Positions 38,492-51,901 of a stretch of DNA of 64,000 nucleotides are shown piece after piece. The number at the start of each line of letters is the position of its first letter. Position 1 is the first letter of the stretch. A program made the position numbers and the translations under genes. The stretch is from Leptogorgia sarmentosa (lineage: Eukaryota), in contig OZ210885.1 in the NCBI GenBank assembly GCA_964658305.1, forward strand, positions 24,242,001 to 24,306,000, read 5' to 3'. Below the pieces are notes generated by a model. It was not told where the DNA came from. It saw only the letters and a program-made list of their open reading frames with translations, and ran no database searches.

Positions 38492-41400
38492 CAGAGGCGC
38501 CGGAACCACGGGGGCAGCGGGGGCAGCTGCCTTTTGCTGACGGGGGCAGTTTTGCCCTTTGGCTAGAACGGTTGAATTATTTTATCACCCTAATTAAATT
38601 AAAATTTTGCGAGCCATGTGCAATGAATCAATGAATCGGAAGTAACCGGTGGTCGTCGTCACTCGTCAGTCGATAATTGACAAACGATCTTAAATGAATT
38701 ATTGATAAAAGGTAAGCCCATACATTTTAAAATTTGTTTAGAATTACAATACCAAAGCGTGAAGGTATAATAATGCGTCATATATTATGTGATATTAATT
38801 AATATTCGAAATGCTAAATGCACAAAAGTTTAATTTTTATTGCATTATCTTACGTCTTTCTGGGAATATACAGTAAAAGCCGATTCGTATATTTGTAAAT
38901 AAACCAACAAGTTGGTTCTCCATTCGTCAAGATACATTTTAATTATGTCTCACTATGTAATTGGGTGTAGTTGCGATAATAACTATCGAAAAAAGCCAAA
39001 GACAAATGCATAAAAAATATATATTCGAAGCACATTAGAGGTAGGTAGAAGCATTAAGCAAAACACGCTGATTGCCGATATTTTGGTGGTGAGTCAGACT
39101 TGTCAACTAATCATCATTTTTAAAAAAATCATTAATTGCAGTGAAAATAGAATGCCGAGAGCAGATCGCTTGCAAAGCTCTACTAGAAAGCAGCTCTTGG
39201 AAGCTTCAAAAGCAAGAGGCCAAACTAAACTTTCAATTTTCCAAGCAGTCTGTGGCCATTGATAACACTGAGTCTTCCACAGAAGAGAGACATAGCAGAA
39301 TCGATGAGGCTGGTGAAGGTGAAGCCTCTACCTCAAATCTAAGATTGAGTGATGAAGCAGACGATCCTTGGATAAAGGCTGCAAACTCTGAATTGTGTTA
39401 TTCATCTACTGTGAAAAGAAAAAGCATGAACAAAGGATGGTATTTTCAAAAGAAGTGGGTTCAACATCATAACTGGTTGTGGTATCACCAAGAAAAAATT
39501 GCTGCGTTTTGTGGCGTATGTACCATGTTTCGACAACCACACGACTCCTCGCTGTTCATTTTTTCTGATACAGCAGATGGTTTTAAAAATTAGAAAAAAG
39601 GCAAAGAAAGAATAGAAGAACATGAACGTAGCCAAAACCATCGAAATGCTTTAAAAGAATCGAGAAGAGAGCAACCTGATCTAGCATGCCAAATAGACCA
39701 TCAGCATCGAGGGCGGCAACATCTGAGATGGTCTGGTTTGATAGCTCATTTGAATACTATGAAAACTCTGTTAAGGCAGGGACTTGCAATTCGAAGCCAT
39801 CAAGATGACGAATCAAATATTTTTCAATTTAATAAGGATAAAGCGAAAGATAATACCGGGTTGCACTTCCTCATGAGTGAAAATCAATATTTTTCTCACG
39901 ATATTCTAAGCGAGCAAGAAAGATTGATAGTGTTAGATGCCAGGCGAACATTGGTTGAAGAAATTAATTCAAACAATTTCTTTTCTATTATATGTGATGA
40001 AGCAAGTGACATTTCAAAACCGGAACAATTGTCATTCTCAATCCGCAGTTGCAACAACAGTTATGAGACGTTCGAAAACTTCATTGGCATACTCTCATCT
40101 GACGACCAAGGCCTGACATCAGACGCTTTGTTGACGTATATACAAGACATACTGTTGCAATGCAATATGGACACAAGAAAGCTTGTTGGCACAGCTTTTG
40201 ACGGAGCTTCATCCATGGAACGACTTGCCGCACTCATGAAAAAACATTTTAGAGATAACATAATCCATACACGCTGTTTTGCACATTGTAATGAACTTGT
40301 GTTTAAAGATGCCACCTCACTGTCTCCTTTAATTTCTGAAGCACAGGACCTGTGTGAAGATTTGTATGTTCTAGTTGGTGTCAGTCCTAAACGTGTACTC
40401 CTTTTTGAGAACATACGGAAAGAAATTGCTGATTCCTCCGAATGCTTCTCGGATATTCTGAGATTAAAGAATCTATCTCGAACAAGATGGACAACAAGAG
40501 GATCAGCAGCTGAAGTGGTCATTAAGAAAACCCCAGAGTTGCGAGAGACGTTAGAAACATTATGGAAGACCACAGCCTCACTCCCGAGTGTCGTGCAAAA
40601 TCATGTGGTTTGCTTGAGAAAGTTCGGTCGGTACGATATTCCAAGTCGTGGTTATGTATGAGCTTGCAAATTTGCTGGAAAATAACTCCAAGAAATTGCA
40701 ATCCGCATCACTTACCGCTGAAGAAGCAGTCTATTGTATAAAGAAAATGCAAGTGCGTTTACAGGAGATGCGGTCAACAGAAGAATTTCAACGTCTGTAT
40801 GACAAGGCAATAAAGTTAGCTGACTCACGCAAAGAAAATGAGACGCAAAAGTCGAAAAGACAAAAATCAGCTCCACGTCGTCTGTCTGACTATGTTGCTC
40901 ATTCGAGTTTCCCATTATCAGTAAACGAAATGGATATTACAACAGAATTATTGCGTCTTTATTATGAATCTGTTGATTCTGTTCTGGAGGCACAACGGCG
41001 TCGTTTTCGTCAAGAAGATTTACAGACTCTTGAAGCAATAGAGTCATGTTTACTTGCGGCAGTAAACAAAGAAATTTCCTTAGCAGAAGTTCGACCAAAG
41101 TTAAAAGGTCTACCCGCAGTTATCAATATTGATATTTTGGTGGAGCAGCTAGCAGAGTTACCAGTTGTTCTAAAGCTTTATAATGCAGAATGTGTATTAC
41201 CTGTTAAGAAGGTCACAAAGCTATCGACCCTTTGTGAAATATTCAATCATAGAAAGAGCACCAAAGAGTGTCTTTTCGAAGTACACAAGGTGTTAGCATT
41301 CTACATGTCTATTCCAATTAGTTCAGCGACAGCAGAAAGAAGTTTTAGCATTATGCGTCGTATTAAGTCCTGGCTCAGATCTACCATGTCCGAGAACAGC

Positions 41401-41748
41401 CTAAATAATAGAATGTTTGCTGCTATCCACAAAGAACGTATTGATGCTGTACAAAGCGAATACATTGCCAAATTGTTCATAACGTCAAACGAGCGAAGGC
41501 GGCGTTAGTTTGGAAAATTTTAAATTATGAAAACTATTATGTTTGTATTGATATTTTGGCATATGGTTCTTATTTTGTTCTTGAAATTCTAATTTATATA
41601 AAATATTGCCGAAAGCATTAGTTCCATGTCAGTCCATATTTCAATTATAGTTTTAAAGAGAGGCAGTTCTGCTTATTTGCCAATGTAAAAAAAAAGCCCT
41701 TTATAAAGATGTTGCCCCCCCTGCCCTGGATTGCTTCCGGCACCTCTG
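38492..41748 (+). mobile_element. hAT transposon (ZMYM1-like), defective
   Basis: TIRs CAGAGGCGCCGGAA...TTCCGGCACCTCTG; 8-bp TSD ATGTGAGG at 38484-38491 and 41749-41756. Confidence 0.95.
39141..41523 (+). pseudogene. hAT transposase (TTF zinc finger, DUF4371-like, dimerisation domain)
   Basis: WL.Y..AFC..C, ICDEASDIS, AFDGAS, CFAH, TRW, SSATAERSFS; stops at 39593 and 41508, frameshift ~40570-40650. Confidence 0.9.
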
Positions 41749-44700
41749 ATGTGAGGAGTAATAAGAAAGTACGTTTTAAAGTTCTTGCTTCAAATTCATC
41801 TTCGGAAACTGTCAGCGAGACCGAAGAAGGGCAAGGTTTGATACGAGACGTAGAGGAACTGGAAGACCAACCAAACGCGATCGACGATAACTTTCTACCA
41901 GATGACGATTCATCTGACTGCGAAAGCGAGATACGAACGTCACGTTCATATAAAAGAAGGAAGGAGAGGTTATGTTCAAACTGGGACAAAATAAGGGTGC
42001 AATTAATCTGTACTTCGCTAGCTAGTGAAGGGTTTTTACTATCTGAATGTAACGTGTCATCATGTGGCAAACCTGTGAAAACTCGCTGTAGAGATTGTAG
42101 CTTTTCTGCATATTATTGTCAATATACACAGGGACAAGCTACAATTCCATGTGTGCGAAATCTTGCAAGTAAGCTTTAGGACTAGATACTGCAAGGAAAT
42201 GTACTGTTCTTTTGTATATTTACTGTATCATTAATCTGCAATGCATCCCATGCTTGCTAATACTATAAGGCTGATTTATGATGATTATTGTGATGTGCTA
42301 AACTCAGTGAAACATTTTATTGTTTGTGTTTAAGTTTCGTACTACAATATTTGTATTACTTTTGAAGCATGGTTCATGGAATCAATATGTTCCTGGACGA
42401 ATTCTTCACAATCATGCCGGAACTCACTTAAAGCCAATCACAGTTGTGGATCTGAATGGTGAGTTATGAGCAGTTCATTGATTGTTTTGAAGGATACAGG
42501 TACTGGACATACCAATGTACTACAATTAAACCTGTTTATCTGAAGTACATACATTACCCACTAATCATATTAATATTGTGTTCAAATAAAGTACTGTACA
42601 ACTGTAGGTTTAATTTGAGGGCTAGAAGGGAATATAGTTGTGAGGATGAAGGTATCAATAATGTTGCAGTAGAATGTCCTGCCTGCCCAAAGGTATAGTA
42701 CACACATATTGAAATATACTTCATACTGTAATTATTGTAGTGAAGGATTTCAATAATGTCTTAATAATGTATAATTGTTTCATATTTTTCATAGACTGGT
42801 GGCAAATGCTTTATTTCAGCTGATGCTTGTTTTGGTTTGCCAAGGAAGAAGTCATCAGGTGTCAGTTCTCGACAGCCTTTGAGTGCTAATATGTACTTTT
42901 ATGACCAGCACAATGTTGATGAATTTATGTCCTCATACCCAAAGTCCGCCAATGAGTCACAGCGGTCTAAGGTAATGAGTATGTACAGGAAATACATTCA
43001 TGCTGAATTAAGGTGGCATTCCAGATTCTTTTAAAAATATTTCGCATTGCATTGGCTGGCATGTTTGGAGCAATGACCTTCACAAGTAACTAGTGACAAA
43101 CAGTAGTTGAGATTCATCTACTGATACGTACTTTCAATTTTTGAAATTGCTTGATCCCACTTTATTCCATATTTTGTCCCAGATTATTATGTAGCTCTCA
43201 AAATTGTAAGAAAATATTTGTTCTTGTATTTTTAAGGACTGTAGTGATTTCTAAGCTGGATCAGAAATTCGATCGAAAGGGCGTTATGAGGCTCTTGACG
43301 AGACAGCTGTTTGTGGGTTAAGCTGCAAACGTGGGATGCCTATGAAGTTTCTGAATTTGAAAGGGGGGAGAGGTATAAAACTACAGTACAATATATAAGT
43401 ATATTTATATACCATGTATGCAAAATGCAAATTTAGCATTCTAGCATAAAAACATGATTGATCAAACTTACTGTACCTACCAGAGTTACTGTAGGTAGTG
43501 TATTTTACGAATAATTGTTATTTAAACGATCAAAAATAACCATTAATGACATTTTAAGGCTTGGTTATGCTGTTTATATGCTGAAGGATATGGTCAAAAG
43601 GAAAACCGATGATATTGATGTCTACTTTATGTACGATATCTGCTGCTTGTTCCAAGAACATCTCAAGGTGAATTTAAGTGAAGTTGTGAAATTAAGTTTA
43701 TAAATATAAGCTTATAAATATAAAAACTATAACTATACACGTTGTATATATAAAATATATTGTTGTTAAAATTGGTATTTCCTGTGGCTGTACCAGCAAA
43801 CTGTAACTACATGTCGAGTATCTTCGTAATGAAGATATGGTTAATAAATCGATTAACATCACCCTACATTATGACATAATTATACTCATGTTCACAATCT
43901 TAGTTTGATAGTAACAGCATATAACTGATTTTATTTCTTTAGAAGCAAAATATGGATGCTCTTCTGAACAAGATACATATACGGTCATGGTGCAACTTGC
44001 CAGGTGCATATTTTTATGATTTTATCTCCGATTTTTTGACGATGTTTAGTAGATCTCATGAAACAAAGTGCTAATGGTAACTTTTACATTGTACATGCAA
44101 AATACTTGTATTATTATACTACTCTTCTTTGAATTTTTCTGACATTTTATTCTCTTTTAATCCAACTTAGCTATTGTACAGTCTGAGGCATCTTGAAGGC
44201 TGGGGTATGGTTGATGGAGAGGTGTTGGAAAGACTTTGGTCATATCTTCGACTATTTAGAAAAATGACGAAAGAAATGACAGCAAGTCATCGGGGAAGAC
44301 ATACTATCAGATGGTTTGTTTTTTATGCCAAGAAGCAAAGATCTAAAATAGGTAGAGGCCACTTTTTGATACACACACGTAGTATTGATAGTGTTATTAT
44401 TACTAGTTTGCCTACTCAGTAATGTTTAATTAAATATGCTTGAATTCCTATTCATAGTAGTGTTACTAAAAGCGCAAAAGACAAGGTGTGCTGAGCTGCT
44501 CAAATTTGCTGGTTCAGAAATTGATGAGCTGCAGGATAACTCGCCTGGTAATTATAGATGCATACATTAGTATTTCATTTCATTTCATTTACGACATGAT
44601 TAACATGTGCTAATAAATTTTTTAAAAGGATATGGAATCGCTCCTTCACGGGTGTTTTTAAAGTGTCAGCGATGTTAATGATAGAGAAAATGGCCTTTTC

Positions 44701-47424
44701 ACAAATTTCTGTTACCATATGTTTTGTAGTTCCAATTACAGACAGTATGATCCAGAAGTGGAGGGATAACGAAAGTGAAATTATCAAAAGATCCAAGCCG
44801 ATGAAGGTTTGTTATTAGAAAAAAGAATTTCGACTACGTTGCATTCCAGTGGATCGTCATAGCATGACGATGGCAGATTTCTCTGCATTATATAATTCTA
44901 TATATTATAATTGTCAAAATGAGCACTCTCTTGGATTGGGTGGAGAGTCTCTATATGTAGAACTTCACTATTTGCACTATGCATGGCTCACTGCTTGCAT
45001 TTTTTCCACAATGCAATCCTTCCTCACAATGTGTAACCGTACATCCTGTGCCCATGTTTGTTACACATTGTTATACATTTTGTATTATTATAATTCTTAT
45101 GTATATATGTTCCATTTTTAAGTTGATCTTGGTGCACATGGTTGGGTGTTGTCCTATTTTTCTGTTCTACGTCAGTATTACTCAGCAAGGTAATCAACTA
45201 TGGTGGGGAAAACTAGATGGCGGCATGAAAGCCAAATAAGTTGATTTCATAAACCGGAAAAAAGGAAAATTATAGCTTAAGCCTTACGAACGATTTAAAT
45301 ATAGGAAGAATAACGAAAAAATCAAAAACATGTCAATTCACGTGAACTATTTAGAGCACAATGAAACAGTTACTGTAACAACCATTTATTTTATTGGGCG
45401 AGCATTCAACTAAAAAATGTAAACATTTGTATTTGCCGGCAATGTTCTTAAAACATCCAACTCGCTTTCAATTTTGCATGACAAATTTTTTAAATTTGAG
45501 TAGGCAAAGTTGAATGGAACATGGATCCGACGTGACAATGAAAACTCGACAACGTTCTACATTGGTTATTAATTTCCGCGGCTTGTGGTCATAATACTAT
45601 ATTATAAAGTAATTGAACCACTCGCTTTTATCGTACTGTACGTGTCATAAAGCACATTTGGCAGATCTGCATGGCATTCTCAAAAGTAGTGCTGTATACT
45701 AATTGCAGAAACCAACTAGCTGATGATGCCGGAGTTAACCAATGAAGCCATCTTGAAGTTTCAATGAACAGGTACATGACAGTCTGCTCTATGCAACAAT
45801 TTCTGGTTTTTAGTGTTAACATTGGATGTTATGTTGATTTTTCATATTTCTTCTAATGTATATGGTACAATAGTAATGCTACAAATCCATGTAATTCTGT
45901 ATTTAGACTAAATTCGCGTTTAATTAAAATGGAAAGGCAATGTAATGTGACAAGAAGGTGGAATCCGACAGACCAACAATATATTTCCTCATTAATTATG
46001 CAAGAGGCAGTGAATGCTAAGCAGACAAGGGACATGCTTTTAGTGTCTGGTCGAAGACGATGGTTTCTTTTATCACTGAAGAAGAAATATTCTGGTATTT
46101 AGAATTTTCCATATCCATTTTACACTGTGGTGAACATAGTCAATAGGAAACAACAAGTCACCTTAGTGGTATCTTACCGTTATTATATGTACTATAGTAA
46201 GTGATGTCTCATTTGTTTTTAAGACGGACAAAAACAAGCAAAGAGACTTGCTAAGAGTATAACAAGAAAAAGTGGAAATTTGCGGAAGCTGCTGAAGAAA
46301 TATAATTCGTCTGTTGAAATCTTACGACAAAATGGCTATGGCGAATTCGTAGATCTAACATGGGAAGCTGCAAGCGATGTTAGCAACAACATATACAGCA
46401 TCAACATTCCAAGTGAAGACGGTATTCCACTTTCAGTTAAAAGAACGGCAGTTGACGCGATGAATCTGCTAGAAAGACTAAATGAAGAAGAACAGCATCA
46501 CAAAGGAAATGGAGAACTGTCTTCAAAGTTTTTATTGTTCGTGTAAGGATTGCGAGGAAAAGATAAATGGCATAAGTGATGGTAACAGTGATCTCATAAG
46601 AGGTGCATGCTCACTTGAGAGAAATCATCTTCATGAGGACCGCATTAACTTGTGTGTTGCGTTTAATTTATTCCGAGAGTATATTGCAATAGATAACGAT
46701 GTTTCAAGTTATGTGGAGGAACAATGTCAAATACTCGCTGATTTTTACGATACAGACAACGAGGTTCATACAGAAGATGATGTTGAAGATTATGATGATG
46801 CTGACAACCGGAGCGACTCCTGACACACTGGTGATACAGTGGACATTGATGTAGTGATCGTAGTGATAATGTAATGATAGAATATTTTGGTCTTTTATCT
46901 TACCTATTTTGTAAAATAAGCATTATAAGCAAGCAATATTTTTTTGTTAATGAATGAAATCGTGTTGTGCATATTGTCTAATTTCTGCGGGTGCCTTGTA
47001 ATTTTACACAATGACTTAATAACTAATCAAAATATCGCCTACCTTTTTTCGTTTGTTGCCTCGATCTTTACCGCCTTTGATTTCGTAATGTTCTCACGAG
47101 AAAGAAACCATGACTGGAGCTCACGGCTGGTTCGATTCCTGCCCATGGTAACATGTGATAGGTGTGCGCAAAAAATGAAAAGTTTTGGGAACGGTGAATT
47201 ATGGATATTGAGGGTTGCAAGGTTTCTAATTCGATGCCCGCATATAAAAATTGGAGGTTGATATCGCGTTTTCCTACAGTTCTGGTAAATCCCAATATGA
47301 ACTGAACTAGACTAGTTTTGAAAAAACATATTAATATAATAAAACCACTTATTTAAATGTATATATCTTCACTGTTCAATTGAACAGGCCTTAACGCGCT
47401 AAAGTTCTCTATAAAATTGCATAG

Positions 47425-50400
47425 TGGAAGGGAGGAATTAATTCGAGATACTGAACAGTATCGGGAGGAATTAATTCGAGATTCTTTTATCAATGGCTTA
47501 CTATCCCCATTAATTCGTCAGCGTCTTCTGGAGAACAGTACGCTAGACTTAAAATCTGCTTTTGACCAAGCTAATGCTTTAGATTTAGCACAGAAAAACG
47601 CGGAAACGTATACTATGCCTACTATTCCTGCAGTCACAACGGCATCTGTTTCAGTGACCGAACCGACCTTGAAATCTGCTGCTTCGGATGACGATGCCCC
47701 TCTTGCCGGAACATTTACATCAAAGAAATGCTTCTTTTGTGGGAATTCAATCCATAATAGAAGAAGTTGTCCTGCCCGAAATTGTGTATGTGATAATTGT
47801 GGTAAAAAGGGGCATTATGCAAAAGTTTGCAGGTCAAAAGCTTCTACGGTTGCTTCAATATTTTCGCCTTCACTTTGTGCAATCGTGGCTTCTTGTCCAA
47901 AGTCTTTGAAACAAGCATCTGTAATGGTCTCTGTGGGAAAGAAAACGTTGACTGCACTTGTTGACTCTGGAAGTTCCGATAGCTATATAAATGGAGCATG
48001 ATCAAACACCTTGACCTTTGTATTCATCCATCAACGCAAGATGTATCTATGGCTCTAAGCTCCCTCAAGTCACATGCTGTTGGTCACTGCTATGTAGATA
48101 TTGTTTTGAATGAACAGGTGTACCCATCCTGTCGTCTCCGGATACTTAAAGATCTTTGTAGCGATATAATCCTGGGACAGGACTTCCAAAAACAGCACAA
48201 GAGTGTTATTATCAAATATGGTGGTCCCAAACCAGAGCTATTAATTCCGAAGTCCACTCCTGTTTGTGCACTCTCTGCTGCATCAGTTGAAGAGCCATCT
48301 CTTTTTGCGAATCTTCGCCCCGACTGCAAACCCATTGCAAGTAAATCGCGACATTTTTGCAGGGAAGACCAAGATTTTATACAACAGGAAGTTAATCAGC
48401 TTCTCTCAGAAGGGATAATTGAACCCAGCAATTCACCTTGGAGAGCACAGGTTGTTGTTGTTAAAGATTCGTTGAATAGACATAAGAAGCGGCTCTGCAT
48501 AGACTATTCACAGACGATTAATCAATATACTGAGCTTGACGCCTATCCTCTACCACGGATTGATGACATGATTAACAAACTTGCTGGCTATAAAATTTTT
48601 TCAACTTTTGATCTTAAAAGTGCCTACCATCAAGTGCCAATAAAGGAAACTGATCAGAGATATACTGCATTTGAAGCTAATGGAAGACTCTATCACTTCC
48701 GACGCATACCTTTTGGGGTTACAAATGGAGTAGCAGCCTTTCAAAGGGCAATGGATAAGTTTGTCGATGAGGAGGGACTCAAAGACACCTTTCCATATTT
48801 GGACAATATAACAGTCGCTGGGCGGGATCAAGAAAAGCATGATGAAAATGTCCAGAAGTTTTATGAAGCCATCCATCGAAGGAATTTTACACTTAATGAA
48901 ACGAAGTCTGTGGAATCCAAGACATCTATAAATTTACTTGGAAAATTTACTTGGATATGGAATTGGACATGGGGTAATTACTCCCGATCCAGAAAGGCTA
49001 CGCCCCCTCCAAGAGTTTCCACCACCAGAGAATGCTCGAACCCTTCAGAGAGTAGTTGGCATGTTCGCCTATTATGCAAAATGGATACCCCATTTTTCTG
49101 ACAAAATCAAACCTTTACTGAAGGCTACCACATTCCCACTGGACCCAAACGCCCTAGCTGCATTCAATACCCTCAAGAAAGAACTTGAGAATGCAGCTCT
49201 TCAACATATTGACGAGAGCCTTCCATTTGTGGTTGAATGCGATGCTTCGGAAGTGGCGCTTTCTGCGACATTAAATCAAGCTGGTCGACCTGTGGCATTC
49301 ATGACGAGGATGCTCCACGGTAGTGAATTACACTATCCTGCGGTAGAGAAGGAAGCAATGGCTATCGTAAAAGCGGTTCGCAAGTGGCAGCATTTTCTTG
49401 CTCGTCGTCACTTTACTCTGAAAACGGATCAACGTTCGGTAGCGTTTATGTTTGACAGTCGAAAGCGTACCAAGATAAAAAACAATAAGATCCAGGCTTG
49501 GCGACTTGAGCTTGGTTCCTTTAGCTACACAGTGGAATATCGGCCTGGAAAGAATAATGTTGCTCCTGATTCATTCACACGCGCATTCTCTGCCTCGATG
49601 TCATCAAACAACCTTGAAGAAATCCATATTGGGTTGTGTCATCCCGGTGTAACTCGAATGTTGCACTTCGTCAAGTCAAAGAACCTTCCATATTCCACTG
49701 AAGAAGTTAAGAAAGTATGTTCAGCATGTCGAAGCTGTGCCGAATTGAAGCCTCAGTTTTATCGTCCGCCGCAATCTGGGAACCTCATTAAAGCCACACA
49801 GCCTATGGAGCGACTTAGTATAGACTTCAAGGGACCACTACCTACTGCTACTCGTAATGCATATATCCTCACTGTTGTAGATGAGTATTCCCGTTTCCCA
49901 TTCGCGTTTCCATGCCCAAATATGCAGTCCTCCACCGTCATCAAGTGCCTGGATCAAATATTTACTCTTTGTGGCATACCGAATTATATTCATTCAGATC
50001 TGGGTACCTCATTCATTTCGCGAGAACTAAAGGATTATTTGACAAAACGAGGAATTGCAACGAGTAGGACTACGCCGTATCATCCAAATGGTAATGGTCA
50101 AGTTGAGAGATATAACGGTATCAAAGGCAGTTGGTCTTGCTCTAAGATCAGCTAATCTCCCAGAGTCAAGCTGGGAACTCGTGCTCGCTGATGCTCTTCA
50201 CTCGATTAGATCACTTCTCTGTACGTCAACTAATGCAACTCCACATGAAAGGTTTTTTAACTTTCATCGTAGCTCATCATCTGGTGTGTCTTTGCCATCA
50301 TGGATGCAACCTGGTCCCGTATTGCTACGCCGATTTGTGCGAATGAGTAAGAACGACCCACTTGTCGATGAAGTGGAATTAACAGATGTTAACCCAACCT

Positions 50401-50678
50401 ATGCACGTGTACGTTACACTGATGGGAGAGAATCATCTGTTTCTCTGCGTGATCTGGCTCCTTGCCCGGCTCCTGCCCCCTCTGAACCTCAACATCTGCA
50501 ATCTCAGCGTTCAACTTCACCTACAGTTGATAGATTACCTATAGCGCAAAACTCTACGACCCCGCAAGTTCCTGACCAGTTGGAAGTGGATAACGTTGAA
50601 CACGAACCGCCAATTGAAGGAACTGGTTTAAGGCGTTCTACTCGCGTGAGCAGACCACCAGCTCGTTACGGTTGGTAG
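47425..50678 (+). pseudogene. gag-pol polyprotein with three frameshifts
   Basis: CFFC..H..CPAR..C..CGKKGH; RT SPW, LCIDY, FDLKSAYHQ, YLDN; RNase H CDASE; integrase HPG, IDFKGP, HSD, GQVER; frameshifts ~48000, ~48940 (short duplication), ~50120. Confidence 0.92.
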
Positions 50679-50838
50679 GTTTGTAGAGTAGGAACGTTGT
50701 AAATTAACTATACAATTTGAACCTTATTATTAGTTAGTATTTATATATGACAATTATTATTAATTATAGAATTTAACAGTATTATTAATGTAAATTATTT
50801 GGAATTTTCTATTGTTTAGAACTTCTAGGGAGGAAGAA

Positions 50839-51034
50839 TGAGATAATAACTATTGGTTACATGAAGGACTTAGGCATGACTTATGAGCCAGCAATTATGT
50901 AACATATATAAGTCAGTGACTGTCCGCCATTTTGTTTATTTTTCTTTTGAGTTTATATAGTAAGGTTTTAAGTTGAATAAAGCCTAATTTTATTTAGTTT
51001 TATAATTATGGTTTTGACAATGGTATACAATAAC
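50839..51034 (+). repeat. Gypsy 3' LTR
   Basis: Starts TG after the PPT; TATATAA and AATAAA inside; 3' end approximate. Confidence 0.7.
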
Positions 51035-51825
51035 TTCTGAGGATTGGAAATAGCACGCTGTACCCAAGCACCCTATACCCATGTCTGAGAAAAAGCACCC
51101 CATATAACCGAGTATTCTTCCCAATAATATTTCTGCGTGATTTTTTGCACAAACATTTCTTTCAGTGAATGCAATAACATATTTCAATTTCAAATTCATA
51201 CGACCAAAATTTGTTTGTCTTCAAAAATGAGTGATTTCTAGTATTTATTTATTTAAAAATTTATTAGCATGACCTAAGTTTACAGGTATTGCCAAAGTAG
51301 TGGCACTATCTATGTAAATAAGTAAGATAGTAATAACAGAACAGAACGGAACGTAGGAAAATGAAAGATATTAGTGTGGTTAATTATATTATGACTACTG
51401 AGTAGTTCATAAATCGTTTTTTCTAGTAGTCTATAGCTACGTAGATTAACCTGTTGGTAATGACAAACCATGCGTTATTAAAGAGTAACCGATTTGTTGT
51501 TGCGCTAACGATTTCCAGTCAAACCGTTCCAAACATAAATACACACGCAAATGAACAACACTCGCACGCATGACGTGATGGTAGCTTCCAAACAACAGTA
51601 TTTGAACTAAAACATTGAAATAGCGAAATTATTAACATTCATTAAACGCATAAAGCGACATACTCACCAGTACAATACTCGACGTTGATCACAGGAAAGA
51701 GGAAGCGAGACCTTCTAACAATATAAATAAAACAAATTGTAATTGTATTTGCAAAGCATCCGGCAATCAATATCCTTTGTTGTTGCACTAATTAATCTAT
51801 GCAAATTTATTCTTGTGCAGTATTA

Positions 51826-51843
51826 TGTGAAGTATTACTCACG
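51826..51843 (+). promoter_or_regulatory. Putative rolling-circle origin: nonamer AAGTATTAC in a short stem-loop
   Basis: TGTGA-AGTATTAC-TCACG; nonamer 51830-51838 fits the CRESS NANTATTAC consensus; 63 bp upstream of the rep ATG on the same strand. Confidence 0.55.
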
Positions 51844-51901
51844 CAGACTTTATGACTATTTTCGAATTGTCGTTTAACATTTATAGCTAGTAATATTTAT
51901 C

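Larger units (their letters stand above)
38403..46823 (+). pseudogene. Multi-exon KDZ (Kyakuja-Dileera-Zisupton) transposase
   Basis: Exons encode CxC (RCRDC), CPACP, ADACFGLPRKKS, ALDETAVCGLSC, YDICC, YGHGATCQ, GWGMVDGEVLERLWSYL; GT-AG introns; first exon split by a hAT. Confidence 0.85.
47425..51034 (+). mobile_element. Ty3/Gypsy LTR retrotransposon, 5'-truncated, with 3' LTR
   Basis: gag zinc knuckles, protease LVDSGS, RT, RNase H, integrase in Gypsy order; PPT AGGGAGGAAGAA 50827-50838 followed by TG. Confidence 0.92.

Noticed and set aside
40061..40573. Long antisense ORFs (also 33116, 35196, 52267, 53812)
   Set aside because: Shadow frames of recognisable genes on the opposite strand
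47110..47150. B-box GGTTCGATTCC as a tRNA gene
   Set aside because: No A-box, D arm or cloverleaf; at most a SINE scrap
51035..51900. Capsid gene upstream of rep
   Set aside because: No ORF longer than ~70 aa and no Arg-rich N-terminus on either strand
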